The position numbers and the translations under genes were made by a program. Positions 15,909 through 23,431 of a DNA stretch of 47,643 nt are shown one piece after another. Location: contig CALDNB010000023.1 of NCBI GenBank assembly GCA_937914775.1, forward strand, positions 1 to 47,643, written 5' to 3'. The notes under the pieces were generated by a model. That model did no database searches, was not told the origin of the DNA, and was given only the letters and a program-made list of their open reading frames with translations. Source of the stretch: an uncultured Clostridia bacterium (GTDB taxonomy: Bacteria; Bacillota; Clostridia; Monoglobales; Firm-18). Every line of letters starts with the position of its first letter. The first letter of the stretch is position 1.

Positions 15909-16628
15909 ATGAAAGGAAACGCTGCTATTGCAGAAATATTGAAAAAGGACTATGACATAGACGACATAACTCCATTTGAGGAGATTGATTACGAGATTAT
16001 CCGTTACAGTGACGAAGTTTCTAAAGTGAAAATACAGTCAAAAACGGGACGTCGTTTTTGTTGTCCTGTTTATGCTATTTTCGACGGATATCACATGAGT
16101 TGGTACGGTGATTATGGTTTTTGGGGATTTTGTTGCACCTGAAAGACCGATGTTACAAATCTTGCTTATAATTCGCCATATTATCAACTGGAAAAACTTG
16201 AAAGCAGAGACAGGACCGAATTTTACGAAGAACACTGCCAGAAAGAATTATTAAGGCATATTAAAGAGGGCGACTGGTACAATTATGATTTATCAGAAGA
16301 GCAAAGAACAAGTTTTGATAAATTTTACGAAGAAGAGTACACATCCTATGTGGATGACGATGACTGCTTATACGAAATTGCTGAGACCTGCGAGGATTTA
16401 AAAACCTTAAAAGAAGCAGCAAACAACGAATACGACTGGATATTTTGTCTTAACAAAAGCAATTTCAGTGAGCATGATTATTATAATATTTTCGGTTGCG
16501 AACAATACGAGTTGTACGACATGGGCAAAAAAGCACCGGGCAGATTTTTTATAATTTTATATATGCTAAGTGTTGTTGCCAACACGGAAGCCGAGAAAGG
16601 CGGTGTAGGTAATGTCACAGACAATTGA
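15909..16628 (+). pseudogene. 239-codon reading frame interrupted by a single in-frame TGA (16140-16142): pseudogene or read-through gene
   Basis: The track ORFs 15900-16142 and 16350-16628 share a frame. I translated the 207 nt between them and found no stop and no ATG/GTG/TTG. Confidence 0.6.
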
Positions 16629-16794
16629 AATTACTTGTAACAGATGCGGCATAGACATATTTAATCCCAGCGGAGAAAACTACGAGCCAATATGTGAATT
16701 AAAGCACATTTGCAAGAAACAAAACAGTTATCCTGTTAAGGAAGAAAAGGAGTGTTTGAAAAATGGAAAACAAAAAATTACCGGAGTTAACTGA
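16612..16794 (+). CDS. hypothetical 60-aa Cys-containing protein
   Basis: ORF overlapping both neighbours, with a weak RBS. Confidence 0.35.
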   Translation: MSQTIEITCNRCGIDIFNPSGENYEPICELKHICKKQNSYPVKEEKECLKNGKQKITGVN

Positions 16795-17221
16795 TGAACA
16801 GATTATAAAGGCGTTGGAATGTTGCTCCCAGGAAGACAAGTGTCAGGAGTGTCCGTACGGTGCTGCTTGTCTTGATGAAAAGTATGTAAGTAACGTTAGC
16901 AGAGATGCTCTCGCTTTGATAAAACGTCTGCTAACTCAAAATTCCGAGTTGCATCAAATAATTTTGAATTACAACAAAGCAGTTGATGATTTAAAAGAGA
17001 CGTATTCAAAAACATTAATGCGATGCGACGAACTAAGTGACCTGAGCGATGGTGTGTTCAAAATTATCAAGTCTGAATTAATAAAAGATTTATTACTTCG
17101 GTTAAAAGAGTGTGAGAAAGTAATCGGAGAGGACAACGAATTAAAACCGTACATATTGGTTGAGGACCTTAACAGGATTGCAAAAGAAATGATGGGTCGA
17201 AATGGAGGACATGAAAATTGA
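16763..17221 (+). CDS. hypothetical 152-aa protein (N-terminal Cys cluster, C-terminal coiled coil)
   Basis: AAGGAG RBS. LECCSQEDKCQECPYGAAC. Confidence 0.6.
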   Translation: MENKKLPELTDEQIIKALECCSQEDKCQECPYGAACLDEKYVSNVSRDALALIKRLLTQNSELHQIILNYNKAVDDLKETYSKTLMRCDELSDLSDGVFKIIKSELIKDLLLRLKECEKVIGEDNELKPYILVEDLNRIAKEMMGRNGGHEN

Positions 17222-17589
17222 GCAAAACAGAGTTATATTTAAAATTCCGGGCGGAGTTGGACAAGTATTCTGTTCCGGTTATATTAAAATCGCTTACAAA
17301 GAAAATCAAAATCAAAGCAGACGGCAAGGACATAGGGTTATTATGTTTACACGGTGGATACATTGACTGTTTATACATAATTCCGTCATACAGGCGGCAG
17401 GGCCACGCCAGAAAAGCGGTATCAGACTACATTGAAAAGTACGGTATGCCCACATCGTTACACATTATCAACAGCAACGTTCCTGCCCTTAAGTTCTGGA
17501 ATTCAATTTTTCATTTAGTACCTATCTCCTGGAACGACGTTGACACGTTATACGAGATTAAAGCGTTGCGTGCGGCAACGCAACTATGA
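17218..17589 (+). CDS. GNAT-family N-acetyltransferase (TTG start)
   Basis: Motif A-like YIIPSYRRQGHARKAV. RBS GGAGGA. Confidence 0.65.
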   Translation: MSKTELYLKFRAELDKYSVPVILKSLTKKIKIKADGKDIGLLCLHGGYIDCLYIIPSYRRQGHARKAVSDYIEKYGMPTSLHIINSNVPALKFWNSIFHLVPISWNDVDTLYEIKALRAATQL

Positions 17590-17608
17590 TTGCCTTCGAC
17601 AACGCTAC

Positions 17609-17795
17609 GCAATGAATTGCCTGTGGCACGAATTGAAATCAAAGATTTCATTAATTGAGCCGTTGGCTCATGAATTGCACCTATGGTGCATTATGGTAGA
17701 AAACCGATGGCGGTTTTCCTCAACAATGAATTTCTATAAAATTCAATTCACGGAAGCGGCAGCGAGAATTCATGGCGGTACGCCAATTCACGACA
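17609..17795. repeat. iteron-like cluster, seven copies of CAATTCAYG (four inverted, then three direct)
   Basis: Minus orientation at about 17610, 17627, 17669 and 17724. Plus orientation at 17744, 17766 and 17784, spaced 22 and 18 bp. Confidence 0.6.
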
Positions 17796-17832
17796 ACGGT
17801 AGTTGTCAATTAATTTATACAGGAGTGTTATT

Positions 17833-18585
17833 ATGGATTTATTACAACAAATTGCTGGGTTTAGTGATTACGCTATGGTAAACCGTTTAAGCGCAGGTCA
17901 GATTGCATTATATTTTGCATTGTTAGATATAATGCTTCGTTCAGACTGTCAGGAATGGTTTCCTGTGTGCAATACAACCTTACAATTAAAGAGTGGTTTA
18001 TCCCTACAGGGCGTAATTAAAGCCAAAAATTCATTAAAACAAAGAAATCTTATTGATTTTGAAAACGGCAAGAGCAGGAAGTCTCCAATTTACAAATTAA
18101 CAGAGTTTTCTGCAAATAGTGTAAGTAATAGTGTAAGTATTGGTGTAAGTAATAGTGTAACTAATGGTGTAAATAACGGTGAAAAGGCAAAAGATAGTAT
18201 ATTTAATATTAATAATAAATATATAAATAATTTTACTACTACTACCCAAGACAGGTTAGATGGTAGTAGTAATATAAAGTGCATTTCGCACTATGAACAA
18301 AACATCGGCGTTATTACACCAAAAGCAGCAGAGATGTTAACGGATTATCTTAATTCGGGTATCGAGGACGAGATGCTTTGCTTATGCATTGACGAAGCGG
18401 TACGTGCCAATGCCCGGAATTTAAACTACATAGACAAGATAATTTTAAACTGTCAGAATCAGGGCATAGTTACTGCTAATGCCTTTCTTTCCCGTACCAA
18501 AAGCAAGAGAAAAGCGGGTGCGGAACAGGGCTCTGACTCTGCATCCGGAAGCGGCAGCGGATGGGGAAATATTAAAATGCTATAG
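17833..18585 (+). CDS. DnaD-domain replication initiator / replisome organizer
   Basis: ATG 17833 with AGGAG 7 nt upstream. N-terminal winged-helix-like region and a C-terminal DnaD-type segment (HYEQNIGVITPKAAEMLTDYL..DEAVRANARNLNYIDKI). Confidence 0.8.
   Translation: MDLLQQIAGFSDYAMVNRLSAGQIALYFALLDIMLRSDCQEWFPVCNTTLQLKSGLSLQGVIKAKNSLKQRNLIDFENGKSRKSPIYKLTEFSANSVSNSVSIGVSNSVTNGVNNGEKAKDSIFNINNKYINNFTTTTQDRLDGSSNIKCISHYEQNIGVITPKAAEMLTDYLNSGIEDEMLCLCIDEAVRANARNLNYIDKIILNCQNQGIVTANAFLSRTKSKRKAGAEQGSDSASGSGSGWGNIKML
18118..18181 (+). repeat. five tandem 12-bp repeats (RGTGTAANTAAT) inside the organizer gene, followed by an AT-rich tract (18194-18240)
   Basis: AGTGTAAGTAAT AGTGTAAGTATT GGTGTAAGTAAT AGTGTAACTAAT GGTGTAAATAAC. 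Confidence 0.8.
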
Positions 18586-18675
18586 CCCCACATGGCTATA
18601 GCAACTAAGTTTGTCCATTCGGGCAAGTGAAGTTACTTCGTAGTGAAGTTCTGCCTTGCGGCAGAGTGGTTTACG

Positions 18676-18772
18676 CGTTACAAAGTAACATATCGAGTGC
18701 GAAGCACATATCGAACAAACAACGTTTGCATATCGAAGTTTGTGAAACAAATTATTTACAGGGGGTGATTTT
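18676..18772 (+). promoter_or_regulatory. duplicated regulatory module, copy 2
   Basis: GTTACAAAGTAAC, three CATATCGA boxes and TTTGTGAAACAAA before the RBS. Collinear with 14497-14598 apart from a ~7-nt indel. Confidence 0.6.
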
Positions 18773-20017
18773 TTGAAAAAATTAGTGGCAGCAGAAGCAG
18801 AAAAGTACATACTTTCCTGCATTATTCAGTTCGGTCACAATGACAGAGGGGTTTGTTATGCCTTATCAAAGTTAGACAAGTTGGATTTTGCGGACAGCAT
18901 TAACAGGGATGTTTTTGTTGCTGCCTCCAGGTTATACCAAGCAGGCAAGCAAATTGATGCAATAAGTGTTAGTGCCGAATTAGGTGACGGTTACATTGAC
19001 ACTATCGGGGAATTAATCTTTGTTGTCTCAACTTCTGCCAACATCAAGTATTATGTGCGGTTATTAAAAGAGGAGCGGCAACGGGACAGGATTATTTACA
19101 ACCTGAACAAAGCCATTGAAGGTGATGATTTACTGCCATCTTTAGAAAAAATAATTGAGAAAGAGCGTGGCCGTGTGCTCACTCAGGACTACGACAGCAC
19201 CTGCGCCGAGAATTTAACTAATGCCATTAAGTCTATTTGTACACCTTTAGACCATTCAACAAGAATAAAGACGGGGTTTTTGAAATTAGACAACGCCCTG
19301 GGCGGACTGGAAAAGAGTACCGTATCATTAATTGGTGCATATCCCTCCTGCGGAAAGACTGCTTTTGCAATTAACATAATAAACAACAACTTATTGAAGG
19401 CAAGTAGCAAGTGTGCTTTTTTCTCCCTTGAAATGCTTACACAACAGATTTTTGAGAGATTCATATCAAGTTACTGCAGCATTAATTACGGCGTTATCAG
19501 AGAACACAAGTTGAAGCAAGAGCAAATCCAGGAAGCAAGTGTCTTATACAAAGCCATTTTAAACAGCAAGAAGTTAACAATTATTGACGACATTTACTAC
19601 TGCGAGGAAATATGCAAAGCCATATCAGACATAAAGCCCGACTACGTTGTTATTGATTTCCTCCACTGTGTCCGCACAATAAAGAAGTGCGAGAACAGGC
19701 GCGCGGAAATTGACTACATAAGTCAGAGTTTCAAGCAATGTGCAAAAACTAACAACTGTCACATTATTATCCTTTGCCAGTTATCCCGTCCCGAAAAAGG
19801 AGTTAAACGCGGTCCCAGGATGAGCGATTTAAAAGAGTCCGGTGCTTTAGAGCAGGACGGTGACTATATCATAATGCTTAACAGACCGTATGTAATTGAC
19901 AAGGAAAAAGACCCCACGGAGGCCTATGTATTAATTGATAAGAACAAATACGGTGACACAGGACAGATTCGATACAAATTCTGGGGCGCAACCCAAAAAT
20001 TTACAGAGTTGATATAA
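18773..20017 (+). CDS. dnaB: DnaB-type replicative DNA helicase (TTG start)
   Basis: N-terminal AEAEKYILSCII, Walker A GAYPSCGKTAF, FSLEM, IIILCQLSR, GALEQDGD. Confidence 0.9.
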   Translation: MKKLVAAEAEKYILSCIIQFGHNDRGVCYALSKLDKLDFADSINRDVFVAASRLYQAGKQIDAISVSAELGDGYIDTIGELIFVVSTSANIKYYVRLLKEERQRDRIIYNLNKAIEGDDLLPSLEKIIEKERGRVLTQDYDSTCAENLTNAIKSICTPLDHSTRIKTGFLKLDNALGGLEKSTVSLIGAYPSCGKTAFAINIINNNLLKASSKCAFFSLEMLTQQIFERFISSYCSINYGVIREHKLKQEQIQEASVLYKAILNSKKLTIIDDIYYCEEICKAISDIKPDYVVIDFLHCVRTIKKCENRRAEIDYISQSFKQCAKTNNCHIIILCQLSRPEKGVKRGPRMSDLKESGALEQDGDYIIMLNRPYVIDKEKDPTEAYVLIDKNKYGDTGQIRYKFWGATQKFTELI

Positions 20018-20030
20018 GGAGGAATGGGAC

Positions 20031-20213
20031 ATGGAATATTTTGATGCGTTATCACATTTCGTAAGGAATATTTGTCCTTACCGCATGGAGAACTGGTGCA
20101 ACGGGAAAAAGATACAGTCCCAGGGGACTATTGACAAGAAACCGTGCAAACTTTTTTACAACAACCGTTGCTTACATCCTTTACATCCCAAAAACAAAGG
20201 TGTTTCAAAATGA
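20031..20213 (+). CDS. hypothetical 60-aa Cys-rich protein
   Basis: AAGGAGG RBS. Confidence 0.5.
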   Translation: MEYFDALSHFVRNICPYRMENWCNGKKIQSQGTIDKKPCKLFYNNRCLHPLHPKNKGVSK

Positions 20214-20380
20214 AGAAAGAAAAAGGAATTTACGTCAAGAAATTCAGTTACTACACTGCGGAATTGTACAATTTATACCAATTGAACGAGGCCAAGAGGC
20301 GGAAAAAATTAAACCGTCTTGACGTTGACAAGGTAACTGAAAAGATATTAAAGGACATTGAGAAAGCCGATGGAAAATAA
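20210..20380 (+). CDS. hypothetical 56-aa basic protein
   Basis: ATGA start/stop overlap with the previous ORF (translational coupling). Confidence 0.5.
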   Translation: MKKEKGIYVKKFSYYTAELYNLYQLNEAKRRKKLNRLDVDKVTEKILKDIEKADGK

Positions 20381-20409
20381 AATTTTAGTCGGTTTTTCCG
20401 TCACAAACA

Positions 20410-20446
20410 GGTGCAAATTTAACAATAATTTGTGCCTTATTTTTTT
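20410..20446 (+). terminator. rho-independent terminator at the end of the early operon
   Basis: GGTGCAAATT-TAACAAT-AATTTGTGCC (two G-U pairs) followed by TTATTTTTTT. Confidence 0.6.
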
Positions 20447-20495
20447 GCTTAAAAATAAACATAAAAACAAACTGTTTATTTTTATATTAAAGATA

Positions 20496-20536
20496 CCGCT
20501 AAAATGCTTATAAAACAAGGGTTTAGCGGGTTTTTA
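20496..20536 (+). terminator. second terminator-like hairpin
   Basis: CCGCTAAA..18-nt loop..TTTAGCGG followed by GTTTTT. Confidence 0.45.
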
Positions 20537-20631
20537 TATTTATAAACAGTATTACAGATATGTATAGTTGATATATCTATTTCGGGGGTTTATGCCCTGA
20601 TATTACTGAATTTGTCATCGGGAAAAAGTAC

Positions 20632-20723
20632 TTGGCCACGTGGTCAAAATGTTTGCGATTTTCGTGTTTGATTTTTACTTTTGTTTCGGGCAAAACTTAC
20701 ATTTTGGCCAGGTAGCCAAAATG
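20632..20723. repeat. paired palindromic sites carrying the GNCAAAATGT half-site
   Basis: TTGGCCACGTGGTCAAAATGT (20632-20652) and the perfect 10-bp inverted repeat ACATTTTGGC-CAGGTA-GCCAAAATGT (20698-20723). Confidence 0.5.
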
Positions 20724-20887
20724 TGGGAGGGCATTTTTTCAGGGGTTTCCCGATAATTCGGGGTAAAAATATGTGTAAGCGTTGCCTGTGCAATGCAACT
20801 ATGATTGCCTTGCAGCAGTAAATTATTATTTTTGTTTTTGGTGAGAAGTTGCAAAAACTTTTTCCACCACAAATTTGGAGAATTCTA

Positions 20888-20916
20888 TTGACAAATTAAA
20901 AAATTTACACTATACT
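20888..20916 (+). promoter_or_regulatory. strong sigma-A-type promoter TTGACA-17-TATACT ahead of the late genes
   Basis: TTGACA 20888-20893, 17-nt spacer, TATACT 20911-20916. A second TATACT follows. Confidence 0.65.
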
Positions 20917-21040
20917 CCTATACTTTGTAAATAGGGGTTGTTATTTCTGCAGTGCTTAAAAACACCGAAAAACACAGTAAAATGGGCGTTTATAAGTAAA
21001 AGCACATCACATATTCTGCAGAGAATAAGCAACAAAGCAG

Positions 21041-21613
21041 GTGATTTTTATTAATTGGGTTGAGCCAATTCGTGATTTACACATTGTTGAGTCAATAGCA
21101 AAAGATTTTAAATATTCGAAATCCGCTACAGGAAAAAGAAATTACATACTATGGTGCATCGGCATTTACTGTGGTCTTCGTGTATCAGACATCCTACGGC
21201 TCAAAGTCCGTGACGTCAGAAACAAAGACGAAATCAACATAATAGAGCGAAAGACTGGAAAACGAAGATTTTACCCGTTACCGCCGCCGATTAAGGCAGT
21301 TCTTAATGAGTACTGCAGAGGAAAAGACAAAAACGATTATCTTATTGCCAAGTTATCGTGCAACAGTCCCATTAAGAGATGCCAGGCATACAAGATTATA
21401 TCTGATGCTGCAAGGAAGTACGGGCTTACATCAATCGGTACACACACAATGCGAAAGACATTTGGGTACTGGTTTTATAAGCAGACAGGTGACGTTTCAA
21501 TGCTGATGACTATATTCGGCCACAGTTGCGAAGCGGAAACCTTACGATACATCGGTGTTACAAAGTCCGTTATCAAAGAGGCGGTCAGAAACTTCAGGCC
21601 GTTTAAGATATAA
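21041..21613 (+). CDS. minimal (about 187-190 aa) tyrosine recombinase, catalytic domain only
   Basis: GLRVSDIL (R), KTGKRR (K), HTMRKTF (HxxR), GHS (H), LRYIGV (Y). The start is ambiguous: GTG 21041 has no RBS, while ATT 21050 lies 5 nt after AGGTGA. Confidence 0.8.
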   Translation: MIFINWVEPIRDLHIVESIAKDFKYSKSATGKRNYILWCIGIYCGLRVSDILRLKVRDVRNKDEINIIERKTGKRRFYPLPPPIKAVLNEYCRGKDKNDYLIAKLSCNSPIKRCQAYKIISDAARKYGLTSIGTHTMRKTFGYWFYKQTGDVSMLMTIFGHSCEAETLRYIGVTKSVIKEAVRNFRPFKI

Positions 21614-21627
21614 AGAGGTGATTTAAT

Positions 21628-22107
21628 ATTGCAAAAGAACAATACAATGAAAAAGTCGTTCCTCACTTAAAGGACATACCCGGGTGGCTCGCATCCGGTG
21701 CATCACAAAAGCAGATTGCCAACAGATTAGGCATTTCTCTGTCTTCGCTTAAGAACTACAAGGCAGAGCACGAAGAGTTATACGATGCCCTATCCTTTGG
21801 AAAAGGCAATATAACTATGGACATTGCTAAAACTGTTGTAGAGTTAGCCCAGGGCTACACCTACGAAGTAAAAGAGCCAATCAAATTGAAAAACGAGGAC
21901 GGCTCTGAACGTGTGGAAGTTAAGACAGTAACCAAATACGTTCCTCCGTCAATGGATGCTATTAAATATTTTCTCAAAAACCGTACTAAAAAGTGGTCGG
22001 ACAATCCTCAGGCGTTGGAACTTAAAAAGCAGGAGTTGGATATTAAGCGCCGTGAAGAGGGATTTACTACATCTTCATCCAAAGTTGAGGTAATTGATGA
22101 TGTATAG
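21628..22107 (+). CDS. terminase small subunit, apparently ATT-initiated
   Basis: The frame is open from 21622 and the only start-like codon is ATT 21628, 7 nt after AGAGGTG. The N-terminal HTH (GASQKQIANRLGISLSSLKNY) would be lost if ATG 21817 were used. Confidence 0.65.
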   Translation: MAKEQYNEKVVPHLKDIPGWLASGASQKQIANRLGISLSSLKNYKAEHEELYDALSFGKGNITMDIAKTVVELAQGYTYEVKEPIKLKNEDGSERVEVKTVTKYVPPSMDAIKYFLKNRTKKWSDNPQALELKKQELDIKRREEGFTTSSSKVEVIDDV

Positions 22108-23428
22108 CGTTAAAATAAGCGAAGTTATTGCTCCTGCATTTTTCGATTTACACCGTGACATAAAAGAAAACGGTCACACACATTATTTTATAAAAGGCGG
22201 ACGAGGCAGCACAAAGTCAAGTTTTGTGTCAATCGAGATTATAACAGGCATTATGAAAAGTCCCAATGCCTCTGCCATTGCATTTCGTAAAGTTGGAAAA
22301 GACGTTAAAGATTCAGTCTTTACACAGTTATTATGGGCAATTGACATTTTAGGAGTTGGCCATTTCTGGCAGGTGAAGTTATCCCCCATCCGTCTTATTT
22401 ACACACCAACCGGACAACAGGTATTATTCCGTGGCGTTGATGATGCTGCAAAGTCAAAATCAATCAAGTTACGTACCGGATATTTTAAATACATCTGGTT
22501 TGAAGAGGCTGACCAGTTCGGCGGTATGGAGGAATTACGAAAAATTACACAGTCGTTAATCAGAGGCGGCTCAAACCAAAAGGTATTTTACACATACAAT
22601 CCGCCAAAATCTGTTCAGAACTGGTTAAATACCGAGTGCAACATACAGAGGCCTGACCGTCTTATACATCATTCCATATACAAAGACGTTCCAAAAGAGT
22701 GGCTGGGTGAAGAATTCTTCATCGAAGCAGAAATGCTTAAACAAACAAACGAAGATGCTTACTGTCACGAATATTTAGGAGAAGTTACCGGTACCGGCGG
22801 AGAAGTTTTCAAAAATGTTGTTTTAAGAGAGATTTCACAGGAGGAAATAAACGGTCTGGGCAACATTTACAGAGGTCTGGACTTCGGATTTTCTGTTGAC
22901 CCCTGTGCTTACATTTGTTGCTGCTTACACAACCGTAAGTTATACATTTTTAACGAAATATACAAAGTGGGAATGGGCTACAACGAATTATACGAGGAAA
23001 TCTCAAAAGAGAACATTCACAACGGTCTTATATATGCCGACAGTGCAGAGCCGAGAAGCATACACGAGTTATGCATAAGAGGTCTTAAGGTATCAGGTGC
23101 GAGAAAGTACCAGGGCAGTGTTGACCACGGTATTACACGGTTAACAGAGGACCTGACAGAAATTATTATTGATAACGTAAAATGCCCGAACTGTGCAAGA
23201 GAGTTTACTCAATACGAGTTGGAAAAGGACAAAGACGATAATTTCAAGGCATTATTCCCCGACAAGAACAACCACACTATTGATGCAGTCCGTTACGCCC
23301 TATCCAACACTGAATTATTTACAAGAAAACGGGGTACGCCTGCAAAGAGGAAGCCTGATTTTGATTTCCAGAAAGAAAAGCGGTCAATTGCCGCATCATA
23401 CGATGTTAATGATTTTTTTGGGAGGTAA
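22097..23428 (+). CDS. terminase large subunit (PBSX/XtmB-like)
   Basis: Walker A in YFIKGGRGSTKSSF. Typical position and size. Confidence 0.9.
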   Translation: MMYSVKISEVIAPAFFDLHRDIKENGHTHYFIKGGRGSTKSSFVSIEIITGIMKSPNASAIAFRKVGKDVKDSVFTQLLWAIDILGVGHFWQVKLSPIRLIYTPTGQQVLFRGVDDAAKSKSIKLRTGYFKYIWFEEADQFGGMEELRKITQSLIRGGSNQKVFYTYNPPKSVQNWLNTECNIQRPDRLIHHSIYKDVPKEWLGEEFFIEAEMLKQTNEDAYCHEYLGEVTGTGGEVFKNVVLREISQEEINGLGNIYRGLDFGFSVDPCAYICCCLHNRKLYIFNEIYKVGMGYNELYEEISKENIHNGLIYADSAEPRSIHELCIRGLKVSGARKYQGSVDHGITRLTEDLTEIIIDNVKCPNCAREFTQYELEKDKDDNFKALFPDKNNHTIDAVRYALSNTELFTRKRGTPAKRKPDFDFQKEKRSIAASYDVNDFFGR

Positions 23429-23431
23429 ATT

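Noticed and set aside
16140-16142. Phage-wide TGA recoding, or selenocysteine, as the explanation for the in-frame TGA
   Set aside because: TGA is used as a genuine stop elsewhere in the same prophage, for example at 14758-14760, 30469-30471, 32529-32531 and 33839-33841. Downstream of 16142 I see only a weak AAGA/TCTT pairing and nothing resembling a bacterial SECIS hairpin.
17540-17881. 113-aa plus-strand ORF bridging the GNAT and organizer genes
   Set aside because: It starts inside the GNAT gene without an RBS. Its sequence is made up of the CAATTCAYG repeat cluster, which is better explained as non-coding iterons.
18118-18181. CRISPR-like array (this site, or the TTGACATCA repeats at 44956-44995)
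   Set aside because: The repeats are 9-12 bp and contiguous, with no unique spacers of about 30 bp and no cas genes. They are a coding linker repeat and arm-type sites, respectively.
20675-20872. 65-aa minus-strand ORF in the 660-bp control region
   Set aside because: It has no RBS and is built from palindromic and operator-like sequence. Its orientation opposes all neighbours.
20800-21030. Invertible promoter segment flanked by inverted repeats for the small recombinase
   Set aside because: Only short, imperfect inverted matches were found by eye around the 20888 promoter. It is kept as a hypothesis under the recombinase finding, not as a feature.
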